Below are positions 10,372 through 18,549 of a stretch of 64,000 bases of DNA, one piece after another; within the stretch, counting starts at the first letter, position 1; every line of letters begins with the position of its first letter. A program made the translations under genes and the position numbers. The DNA comes from a virus. Under the pieces are notes generated by a model that was given only the letters and a program-made list of their open reading frames with translations, had not been told where the DNA came from and did no database searches. The stretch is from positions 32,001-96,000 of the IMG/VR virus record IMGVR_UViG_3300042261_001309. One strand, written 5' to 3'.

Positions 10372-10380
10372 ATTATACCA
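10372..10380 (-). promoter_or_regulatory. Extended -10 promoter
   Basis: TGGTATAAT on the minus strand in an intergenic gap. Confidence 0.5.
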
Positions 10381-10406
10381 GCAAAGCAGGCTAAATAAGT
10401 AACCGG

Positions 10407-10865
10407 CTAGTCGGGGCAGTGAAAAGAAAAGAAGTTTTTAAATGGCTCCAAGATATGCCCTGTATAAAGGTGCAATCCACCAAATCCCCTATAGACCGAA
10501 TTAGTATGCGTGAATACCCAACAATAACCTTTAATATACACACAGCATAAATACTTACCACTGTTAACATGGTTAGGTTCAACGTATTCCCACATTTTCA
10601 CGTAGCTCGTAAATACCTCTGTGTTCTCGACCTTATCTGGATTGAGTAAATCCAAGATATTTATTTTGCCTTGCTGCTCCAAGCAGTAATAAACATAGTC
10701 GTAAGAAAATAGATCTGCTAAGGCTGGAATTCTAAATAGCGGTAAATTCTCTTCAGTATCTGGATGCTTCAAATACCGCTTTTGCAGCATCTTATACGGC
10801 GTTTTAAAATATGACGCTAACTTTTTAAGTACTTGGTGTTCTGCTTGTTGAGATTGAACAATCAT
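10407..10865 (-). CDS. Hypothetical protein
   Basis: 152-aa ORF with a 4-nt overlap to the upstream gene. Confidence 0.7.
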   Translation of the reverse strand: MIVQSQQAEHQVLKKLASYFKTPYKMLQKRYLKHPDTEENLPLFRIPALADLFSYDYVYYCLEQQGKINILDLLNPDKVENTEVFTSYVKMWEYVEPNHVNSGKYLCCVYIKGYCWVFTHTNSVYRGFGGLHLYTGHILEPFKNFFSFHCPD

Positions 10866-11356
10866 AATTGTTTTTTGCGGGCATATTCACCAATCAATAA
10901 ATAGTCCGCATCTTTGGAAAGTTTTAAATCTGGAAATAGTTTTTTACCGAGGGCCAGACTGGCTTCCTTTAACCCGTCTGACCCTTTAATCTGAGGAAGC
11001 AATACACTCTGCCATTCCTTGGAGTCTAAAAAGCGATATGGAATATTTAAACTTTCCAATACCACTAAGGTAGCTTCCAAACAACGTACAGCCGATAATG
11101 ACGCATTAAAGCGCATAGCATTTACCATGGGCCGTTCCATGACTGCCAAGATCTCAACTCCTTTAAGTGTATGTGCACTTATAAGCTCCGTTAGCTTTGA
11201 AGCGTCGATACGCGTGATATTCTTTTTTACGGTCTTCTGGTAATTTTCACACGATTTAGTGGGCAGCTTAAATGCTCGATAACTCCCGTCAGGAAAAAAT
11301 ATGGAAAATCCCCGGGCAGTTACTCCATTATCAAAGGAAATGTATTGCTTGCTCAT
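10862..11356 (-). CDS. RuvC-like Holliday junction resolvase
   Basis: RNase H-fold acidic motifs ISFDNG, VMERP, EWQ and KDADYLLIG; next to recA. Confidence 0.75.
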   Translation of the reverse strand: MSKQYISFDNGVTARGFSIFFPDGSYRAFKLPTKSCENYQKTVKKNITRIDASKLTELISAHTLKGVEILAVMERPMVNAMRFNASLSAVRCLEATLVVLESLNIPYRFLDSKEWQSVLLPQIKGSDGLKEASLALGKKLFPDLKLSKDADYLLIGEYARKKQL

Positions 11357-11372
11357 GTGGTCGAATTATCAG

Positions 11373-11582
11373 CTACTTACAGGCTGAATTCAACACTTTC
11401 TTCAAAGAACGGATTTGTGCCCCATTTAACAGCACTTCTTGTCCGTCTATCTCGAAGAATAATTGACTGCGCTTATGTGAGCCTTTTTTAGCTTTGGCAT
11501 ATTCGCAATAAATTTTGCTGTTCTTAATCGCCGACAATTTATGTGTACGATTAAATACTACAGTTAAACGATTATTTCTCAT
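11373..11582 (-). CDS. Hypothetical protein
   Basis: 69-aa ORF with an ATGA overlap to recA. Confidence 0.6.
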   Translation of the reverse strand: MRNNRLTVVFNRTHKLSAIKNSKIYCEYAKAKKGSHKRSQLFFEIDGQEVLLNGAQIRSLKKVLNSACK

Positions 11583-12781
11583 GACGTTATATCTATTGTT
11601 TTTTCTGTTTGTTGTTCATTGGTTGTACTCTTTTTACGGCGAGTCTTCCGGGTATTTTCAACTTGCTGAATTTCTTCTATTGGTGGTAAGTCTGGAATAC
11701 CAAAGGCTTTACGAATGTGTTCTTTAGCCTCATTGCTTCTTGCAATCTGTAAGGCTAATTCAGTACATCGATACTGTTCATCAGAATTAATTAATACCGG
11801 TTCATTATTTTCCAGCTTCAATGTAAGACTAGGAGGGCCAACCCAACGAAAATACCCGCTGCCGTTATCAGCTACCAGATCGGTATAGCTTTCACCAAGC
11901 TTACGAACCAGCGGACCCCACCAATCCATACCGCCATTAATATAAAGGTCTACTTCTACTTCTTGCCCTTTACCTTCACGACCTAACTTATTTCGCTTAC
12001 ATTGAATTTTATGCCTAGAACCTGTTTTACGCGGCGCACCATGTTCATCGTTGTCTTCAAACTCTTTGGTACGCGCAAACTTAAAATGATATGTAGAATA
12101 AAAGAATTGCGATTCACCGCCAAGCAAGGCGTCTTGTGAGTCATCTGAAAACCCAAAAGCGCCAATTTTACTTCTCAGCTGGTTAATCAACAAAATGTTG
12201 CATTTTTCATTCGCTAGCAATCTGTCTGTTTCACGGAAGAAACGACTAAGTCTACGAGCGTGCACGCCAGGTTGTGAATCTGTAAGTGTATGCTTGGCAT
12301 CCAATTCGTCTTCTGTGGCAATACCTGCAATTGAATCCAAACATAGTAATACAGGCGTGTCACCTTCAGGATACGCTTTAGGCATACTACGTAGATACAT
12401 CTCAATTAGCTCTAAACCCTGCTCAAACGATTCAGGATGCTGAATGGTTACTTTACTTAGGTCTACGCCTTGCTTAACTGCATAATCACGATCAATGGCG
12501 TTCTCAGTTTCAATCCAAACTACGTCACCACCATTCGCTTGGTATAATTTGGCCAGCTCGTAAAATGTGCTGGTTTTTCCGCTGCCTTTCCTTCCGTATG
12601 AAAGAATAAATCTACCATACGCAATAAAGCGCCGATCAAGAATAAATTCCAATAACGGATTATCGACTATCAAACCCGTAATTGGTTTTAAATCCTTCGC
12701 CAATACAAAGTCTACGTTTGAGTTTTTGTATTTCTTTTTAAACTGACTCGATGTTATGTCTATTAGATCTTTAAAAGCCAT
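11579..12781 (-). CDS. recA: RecA/UvsX-like recombinase
   Basis: Walker A GRKGSGKT, IETENAID, LCLDSIAG, INQLRSKIG and GGE motifs. Confidence 0.92.
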   Translation of the reverse strand: MAFKDLIDITSSQFKKKYKNSNVDFVLAKDLKPITGLIVDNPLLEFILDRRFIAYGRFILSYGRKGSGKTSTFYELAKLYQANGGDVVWIETENAIDRDYAVKQGVDLSKVTIQHPESFEQGLELIEMYLRSMPKAYPEGDTPVLLCLDSIAGIATEDELDAKHTLTDSQPGVHARRLSRFFRETDRLLANEKCNILLINQLRSKIGAFGFSDDSQDALLGGESQFFYSTYHFKFARTKEFEDNDEHGAPRKTGSRHKIQCKRNKLGREGKGQEVEVDLYINGGMDWWGPLVRKLGESYTDLVADNGSGYFRWVGPPSLTLKLENNEPVLINSDEQYRCTELALQIARSNEAKEHIRKAFGIPDLPPIEEIQQVENTRKTRRKKSTTNEQQTEKTIDITS

Positions 12782-12790
12782 ATGTGTAAT

Positions 12791-12820
12791 AAAAAAGGGG
12801 AGAGTTTTGTTACTCTCCCC
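12791..12820 (-). terminator. Intrinsic terminator-like hairpin
   Basis: GGGGAGAGT...ACTCTCCCC followed by T6 on the minus strand. Confidence 0.65.
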
Positions 12821-12842
12821 AATTACCGACTATTAATATAAC

Positions 12843-13931
12843 TTATCGCTTTTGATTCAGCAACAGCTGCCTTACAGCATCCGCTGTTAATGGCGCTGCA
12901 GCCGTGTTTACAGGCTGTGGAGGTGTTGGTGGGGCACCTACAGTAGCCCTAGGAAACGAAGGCTTAGGCATGCCCAAAGCGGCCATAGGATTGGATGCGT
13001 GTTCGGCTTGAATGCGCTCAACAGGCTCTGGCTCTGCTGGAGCTGATGGAATAGCTTGAACAACCGGTTGCTGCACTGGTTGTGGAATGGTCGGCATAAC
13101 CGGATTAATAGGTTGAATCTGCGATGGTGTTGGAATACTACGAGGCACAGCAACTGTAGTGTTGAAATACCCCGCCATGCATTTATCAAACACATCTGCG
13201 GCGTACATAGTCCGCAGCTGTTCTACCAACCATTCCTTTTCAGGATACAGAATAACGTCATCCAAGTTATACAGGTATTCCCAATCTGACAACTCAGTGG
13301 GAAGCTCATAAAACCGTTGTTCCGAAACAGACACAGTCCAAGGATTACTCTTTCCACCAGAACCAGGGGCCAGCTTAAACAGCACCGGCCACGCGGCTTT
13401 GGGATGATTAATCGGAGGATGATGCTGACCGTCAGCAAAACGACCGCGTTGCCACTCGTCGATTTTAGATCCACAGTTATGCACAGGCACGTCCAATACG
13501 TGTGCGCCTAATGTAAGATCACTGGTAAATGCGGCATTAAATAATACCCGTTTCTGAATACGACCAAAAAACGGATAACGCTTACGAGACTGCCCTGACA
13601 TAGGATCAGTTACGTCTTCAATCTTAGCTAGGTTAGGAAAATGCGCCTTAACCTGCGAGCTGAAATAGACTACCGGACAACCGACTTGTGATGATAATTT
13701 AATCTTGGAATCCATACCAAAATTATCTCGAATCTCGTAGGTTTTCCAAGAGACTGCGCGACCATTAGAATCCAGTTTATAAGGAGGCAAAATAAAGAAG
13801 TAAGTGCCTTCTGGATTCTTCTGACTTTTAAAGTCAACAACTCGTACGCCTTCTTTAATTGTTCGACCATAGGCGGAACTTGATGATAGATCTGAGCCTT
13901 CAAAATTTGATGTTGGTTCGTAAACTGCCAT
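12843..13931 (-). CDS. Putative single-stranded DNA-binding protein (gp32-like)
   Basis: FFILPP motif, aromatic-rich core and Pro/Gln-rich tail; directly upstream of recA. Confidence 0.5.
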   Translation of the reverse strand: MAVYEPTSNFEGSDLSSSSAYGRTIKEGVRVVDFKSQKNPEGTYFFILPPYKLDSNGRAVSWKTYEIRDNFGMDSKIKLSSQVGCPVVYFSSQVKAHFPNLAKIEDVTDPMSGQSRKRYPFFGRIQKRVLFNAAFTSDLTLGAHVLDVPVHNCGSKIDEWQRGRFADGQHHPPINHPKAAWPVLFKLAPGSGGKSNPWTVSVSEQRFYELPTELSDWEYLYNLDDVILYPEKEWLVEQLRTMYAADVFDKCMAGYFNTTVAVPRSIPTPSQIQPINPVMPTIPQPVQQPVVQAIPSAPAEPEPVERIQAEHASNPMAALGMPKPSFPRATVGAPPTPPQPVNTAAAPLTADAVRQLLLNQKR

Positions 13932-13957
13932 AATTTTTAATACTTTCTTTTAATTGT

Positions 13958-14551
13958 TTAGAGATGCATTACTACTGCTTGTTTTGTGTCTTCGGCACGG
14001 AGGTGGTTCAAAAATACCTGAACCATCATTGCCGCTACTATAATAGGTGTTGTGTGCGATTTTTGATTTTGTTTGTCGTAAGGTAATAGGCATCCATGGC
14101 GTTCTTGGCTTTTAAAATTGTAGTATCCTTCAATCTCTTGCTTAGCGCAACTAGAATTAAAAACCCCGAAACTGCGGGATGCGCAACGGCCGTCACATAC
14201 CCATAAATTATCCTGATGTTCATAGACGTAATCAAACAATTTCTTTCTGAAACTGCCTTCGTCTACGCATGAAAAAATATAGTTATAATTCCCAAAATCA
14301 TCTTCAGTCATGAAGCGATCAATAGGATTTACAACAAACTGATTTGATAGCACTACAGCTTTTTTCTTTCCAATGTCTTCGATGGAAAACCGCTGATGAA
14401 GTAGATTATCGATTTCTACTATATCGTTATCGTACAAGTCTATTTCAAAATTATCAGTATCCCATTGTTTACGGTTATAGCCGTAATCATGAAGAATACT
14501 GACCAAGTTTGATCCAAGTCCACCAGCGCCAGCGATACCGATTTTTATCAT
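13958..14551 (-). CDS. ThiF/MoeB/E1-like adenylyltransferase (ubiquitin-like protein activating enzyme)
   Basis: GAGGLGS nucleotide-binding loop, DNDIVEIDNLLHQ, GKKKA, SCVD..R and DGR motifs; candidate catalytic Cys in HGCLL. Confidence 0.9.
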   Translation of the reverse strand: MIKIGIAGAGGLGSNLVSILHDYGYNRKQWDTDNFEIDLYDNDIVEIDNLLHQRFSIEDIGKKKAVVLSNQFVVNPIDRFMTEDDFGNYNYIFSCVDEGSFRKKLFDYVYEHQDNLWVCDGRCASRSFGVFNSSCAKQEIEGYYNFKSQERHGCLLPYDKQNQKSHTTPIIVAAMMVQVFLNHLRAEDTKQAVVMHL

Positions 14552-14976
14552 ACTTTGAAAAAGCGTTTACCTATAAACGCATTTAATTGTTTATGCTTTT
14601 GTGAATAAATGAAGTTCATCCCGAAGCCGGGGAACAACCGATAAATATCTATGTCAGAAGGAAAAGCCTGAAATTGCGGATGAGTGTGTATGCTGGAATG
14701 GTTAAACCAACCGTCAAACAATATAGGTAGCACCTTGTCACCGTATTCCCAAGGATCCACTTCATACAACACACGAGCAATAACTGTTCCTGTATGCTTA
14801 TTTGCTAGGCGAATAAACTTAAATTCATCACCTTTAGATAAAATAACTCCGCCAGCTTCCTCAACCGGCGAAGTTAACTTATCTGGCATAGCTATTACGC
14901 ACTGCCGCAAAGCATCGGGTAGAACTAACCGGTTTTTAACTATATACGCACTGGCGAGTTCAGCCGAGGAATTCAT
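14548..14976 (-). CDS. JAB/MPN+ (JAMM) metallopeptidase
   Basis: E-AGG...HTHPxxxxxPSxxD complete JAMM motif; ATGA overlap with ThiF. Confidence 0.9.
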   Translation of the reverse strand: MNSSAELASAYIVKNRLVLPDALRQCVIAMPDKLTSPVEEAGGVILSKGDEFKFIRLANKHTGTVIARVLYEVDPWEYGDKVLPILFDGWFNHSSIHTHPQFQAFPSDIDIYRLFPGFGMNFIYSQKHKQLNAFIGKRFFKV

Positions 14977-14980
14977 AAGG

Positions 14981-17026
14981 CTAAGCTGCTTTTAACGTAG
15001 ATATGAATGAAACAGCATATTGATCATTAGCCAAGGCCAACAACCTGGAAACCAAGGCATCGTAGCCGACACCTTCATAGCTGTTACCATTTACAATGCA
15101 GATATACTTTCCAGTATCGTGATTCCAAACTTTAAACGGAGGTTCCTTAGATACAAAATAACTGCGTAACTTGCCTTTTACAAGATACCCTTTTTCACCG
15201 TGAGCTTCCGCTTCAGTACAGCCCAACTGCTCAACAATTTCAATTAGCAACTTCTCAGAACGCTGCTTAGCTTTAATGCGATCTGCACAAGCATAGCGAA
15301 TAATAGCCTCTTTTGTGGCGGGAGCGCCGGTTAAATCAGGACAAAATGCGCCTATACCTGCACAAAACTCGCGCTTTAAACGATCTGTTCTAGTAATACC
15401 ATCAGAACGTATACGCGTTTTACGATCGATAGTTTGCAGCCATTGCACACAGGAAGTGAATCGATTAACCTTAAAGTACTTAGGTTCTTCATTTTCAGGC
15501 TTATGAATCAAATACACCTGGTTATCCCGCATAATAAACTTAAGCTTAGGATGCCGAGGAGTCGCAGGACGTTTTAACTCATAACAATCATTATTTGTTC
15601 CTAACGTCTCGAACTTCATGAATACTCCATTAGTAAGAGCATTCCTAGCCAGCAGTGACATATTCTGAACATCCCGCAAAAACAAATTATATTGTTCTAT
15701 GCTGTGATAACATGTCGCATGGTTCAAGACAGCCTTTAACTCAGATTCATTAATACGATAACCGTTAATACGACGACGAGTATCTTTGGTTGAGATACTT
15801 AACGTAATAGGGATATCGTTGATTTTAAACGACACCTCTTTATCCTCTTTGAAGCCTAAGACATTTTTACAGTTAGACGTATCAAAACGGGATTCTGCAT
15901 CTTTATGCAACCGAGTTATATGCGTAGTAACTACATCAGTCACAATATTGTAAATAGTTAGAGGTACATTATCATTACTAGAATTACGATTAACCAACTG
16001 ATGCTTGAGCATTTCAGCTAACCATTCACACTCTACAGATACCGTTTCATAACTTACCTTGTTCTTAGCGATATCCATATCGTCAATTTTAAACGACGCT
16101 ATTTCCCCTGCCATTAACTTGGCGTATAAGGAATTCTTTGCATTGCACATCAATGTATAGGTGATACTTGCAGTAAATACAAAGTAATCCTTAAACATAC
16201 TCTGGACTGACCAAGACGTAGTTTCAGTTTTACCAACTACAGCTACGATTTTTTCCAGCTTCTGTATCTGTGTACGAATAAACTCGCGCTTATTACGTAC
16301 GTCCAGATAAGGAGTATCTTCCAATGGATTATTTTGCAGCTTAGTGCCCGCTAACCCAATCAGTATTAATAACTTATAAATATCGCAGTTTATTTCATCA
16401 AGCGCTAGGGGTATTAGCTTACCTCCGCGTCGATAAAATACCAAGAACCTTCCTTTATCCAAGTAATTATAAATAGGCGAAATATGCGTAGCTACAAACA
16501 CCCCCGGCACGAGTGGTTTGGTACTACCTGCAGGCACCCAAGTGGGATCCTTTACAGCTTCCGTCGATTGCGCTGTTGGTGAAGCCAATATACGGTAAGT
16601 AACTTGGTCTGCCACAACTTCAACCGGGTTATCCGTTATCTTGGTAACGAGCGGCTCGTAAGCAGATCGGGATAAATAATACGAAGAAGCCCAAGCTACG
16701 CTAATACTATCCGCAAATTCTTCTGTATAAACATTTAGCTTCTTAATTTGGGCTAGGGCTACCTTATCATTCCATTTTAACGACAAGCCCGTAAGCCACC
16801 CTATGCTTGTGGTAAATGGCGTTTCCAACCAATCTGAAGTTACATACCCTACCGTTTCGCAGGCGTCTGCAAGTTCTTTGAGTTTATTAATGGAGATCTT
16901 TTCAATTTTATAAGTGGCGAAAAAATCGTTGGAAGAAATTACAATCGATTCGCTAGGGGCCTGGTGAGCTTTTAAAAGCTCTTGGTACATTTGAGCTAAT
17001 TTAATAGAAGATATGGTGATAGACAT
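14981..17026 (-). CDS. Large uncharacterised protein of the Ubl operon with a C-terminal Cys-containing, possibly E2-like, domain
   Basis: 681-aa ORF between Ubl and JAB; C-terminal WNHDTGKYICIV...DALVSRLLAL. Confidence 0.6.
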   Translation of the reverse strand: MSITISSIKLAQMYQELLKAHQAPSESIVISSNDFFATYKIEKISINKLKELADACETVGYVTSDWLETPFTTSIGWLTGLSLKWNDKVALAQIKKLNVYTEEFADSISVAWASSYYLSRSAYEPLVTKITDNPVEVVADQVTYRILASPTAQSTEAVKDPTWVPAGSTKPLVPGVFVATHISPIYNYLDKGRFLVFYRRGGKLIPLALDEINCDIYKLLILIGLAGTKLQNNPLEDTPYLDVRNKREFIRTQIQKLEKIVAVVGKTETTSWSVQSMFKDYFVFTASITYTLMCNAKNSLYAKLMAGEIASFKIDDMDIAKNKVSYETVSVECEWLAEMLKHQLVNRNSSNDNVPLTIYNIVTDVVTTHITRLHKDAESRFDTSNCKNVLGFKEDKEVSFKINDIPITLSISTKDTRRRINGYRINESELKAVLNHATCYHSIEQYNLFLRDVQNMSLLARNALTNGVFMKFETLGTNNDCYELKRPATPRHPKLKFIMRDNQVYLIHKPENEEPKYFKVNRFTSCVQWLQTIDRKTRIRSDGITRTDRLKREFCAGIGAFCPDLTGAPATKEAIIRYACADRIKAKQRSEKLLIEIVEQLGCTEAEAHGEKGYLVKGKLRSYFVSKEPPFKVWNHDTGKYICIVNGNSYEGVGYDALVSRLLALANDQYAVSFISTLKAA

Positions 17027-17057
17027 AAAGATTGAGAATGAGAATAAGAGTTAGAAT

Positions 17058-17085
17058 AAAAAAGGGAGAGGCCGAAACCCCTCCC
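17058..17085 (-). terminator. Intrinsic terminator after the Ubl gene
   Basis: GGGAGGGGT-TTCG-GCCTCTCCC followed by T6. Confidence 0.75.
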
Positions 17086-17115
17086 ATTAACTGCCAGATT
17101 TTACAGCTTAACTAA

Positions 17116-17706
17116 TTACGCCACTTTAATAACCACTTCTTTGGGGTAGTCAGCGCCCAGCTCATTGATTTTACGAACATTCTGCAAATAGGTGCGCAGG
17201 CTTACTGTAAACTCAAGGAAGTCTACCGGGCAACTTAACGCATCCCGGCTGATAACAATTACGTTCTCACCATCCAGCATAAAGGCATTCTCAAAAGCCT
17301 CAAGCTGATTTAATACCACTTGGGTTTCGTCGTCGACTTCTTCGTCTTCTTCGACCACTTCAGCTTCCATGATGTTAGCCTTTTCCAATGCGGCTAAAAC
17401 GGAAGAAGAAATAATAGCCGCCAATTCTTGAGGATTAATATCTGCACCGCCGAGCAGTTCGGTGCCGAGCGTGACTGTAAGACCGTCAGGCATTTCCTCT
17501 AGCCGCGCACGCAGATCGGCCGTATCTTGATAGATAGCTGGATCTTTTTCGTTAGTGGCAGTGAACATGAACGGATCTTTGCCCAAATAGGGTCGGCACT
17601 TCTTGGTGAGGTATTCTTTAACAATTGCTTCTACGGCGGCGCCAATCTCCATGGCTACGGTATTATCGCCTTCGTGATTCAAGAAACGAACATTGATGTT
17701 TTTCAT
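17116..17706 (-). CDS. Putative ubiquitin-like (beta-grasp) protein precursor: ~87-aa Ubl ending LLGG plus ~109-aa acidic extension
   Basis: ATG at 17706 lies 8 nt after the upstream stop; strand-strand-helix start, terminal strand LTVTL, then GTELLGG (GG at 17446-17451); in operon context with JAB and ThiF. Confidence 0.6.
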   Translation of the reverse strand: MKNINVRFLNHEGDNTVAMEIGAAVEAIVKEYLTKKCRPYLGKDPFMFTATNEKDPAIYQDTADLRARLEEMPDGLTVTLGTELLGGADINPQELAAIISSSVLAALEKANIMEAEVVEEDEEVDDETQVVLNQLEAFENAFMLDGENVIVISRDALSCPVDFLEFTVSLRTYLQNVRKINELGADYPKEVVIKVA

Positions 17707-17713
17707 ATGTTTT

Positions 17714-18439
17714 TTAGTGTATGCGGAATTGAATGTTGCGGAGTTTGATTTTGTCGGAATAAGTAAGGCAAAGCTTGCATTGTGCACACGCACCAAGCTT
17801 AGGTTTATTTTTAACTTTTCCTGTTATTTCAGGACAAGCTATCCACCGCTTACTAATCGGCGGGTTGTTACCCATAAACGCAATGCCTACATTATTATAA
17901 TGACTATATTTGTCGCTTAATTTTTGCGCTTCCTGATAATTTACAGGATCCGCCGAAATGTACAACGCCAAGTTTTTGCATTCAGCCAAAATAGGCACGG
18001 CAAAGAACGACCGGGTGTAAACCCAGAATTTAACTTCAGAATACTTATTAATAACAGCTGCCCAAGCTTTCGCTTCGACTTCTGTCTTTATATCACCACT
18101 ATAACACAAACGGAAATACGGAGCACGACCCTTATCTTTTTTAATAAAACTGACAATCGTCGAATCGAAGATGGCAAACAGCTCGTCAAAGGATTTACCG
18201 GCCAGTAATTCTGTATTAAATAATAACCATTTGCCGACATCCTTGTATGCTTTTATAATGTTATCCATATAACAAGTGAGCTGTTTGCCCCCTACTTTTT
18301 TCAGTGCGAGGCACCCTCCTTTTTCTGAAGTTGCGCCTGGGCATGTTCCTCCGTTTTGCGGGAGACCTGGATTAAACCCTACTGTGTTACAATGCTCAGA
18401 GTAGAATTTAACTTTTGAATTATCTGTAAGGTGTAACAA
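17714..18439 (-). CDS. Gp88-family protein (Cys-rich, radical-SAM-like)
   Basis: NSK, TCPGA..C..CY, FRLCYSGD, FWVYTRS, ISAD and C-terminal CP..CxxCxxC. Confidence 0.7.
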   Translation of the reverse strand: MLHLTDNSKVKFYSEHCNTVGFNPGLPQNGGTCPGATSEKGGCLALKKVGGKQLTCYMDNIIKAYKDVGKWLLFNTELLAGKSFDELFAIFDSTIVSFIKKDKGRAPYFRLCYSGDIKTEVEAKAWAAVINKYSEVKFWVYTRSFFAVPILAECKNLALYISADPVNYQEAQKLSDKYSHYNNVGIAFMGNNPPISKRWIACPEITGKVKNKPKLGACAQCKLCLTYSDKIKLRNIQFRIH

Positions 18440-18549
18440 TGATTATTCATAGTAATATATTCGCGTAAAACCCTCAGCCTAGCCAAGGGAAAAGGCTTTC
18501 CTTTTTAGAGTTAGAGTTAAGGTAAGTAATGGACGAGAGGACAGGAAGC

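Noticed and set aside
13958-14551. ThiF as an ordinary thiamine or molybdopterin auxiliary gene
   Set aside because: No thiG, moaE or rhodanese partner is visible, the paired Zn-binding CxxC motifs are absent, and it is coupled to a JAB peptidase. A sulfur relay is kept only as an alternative hypothesis.
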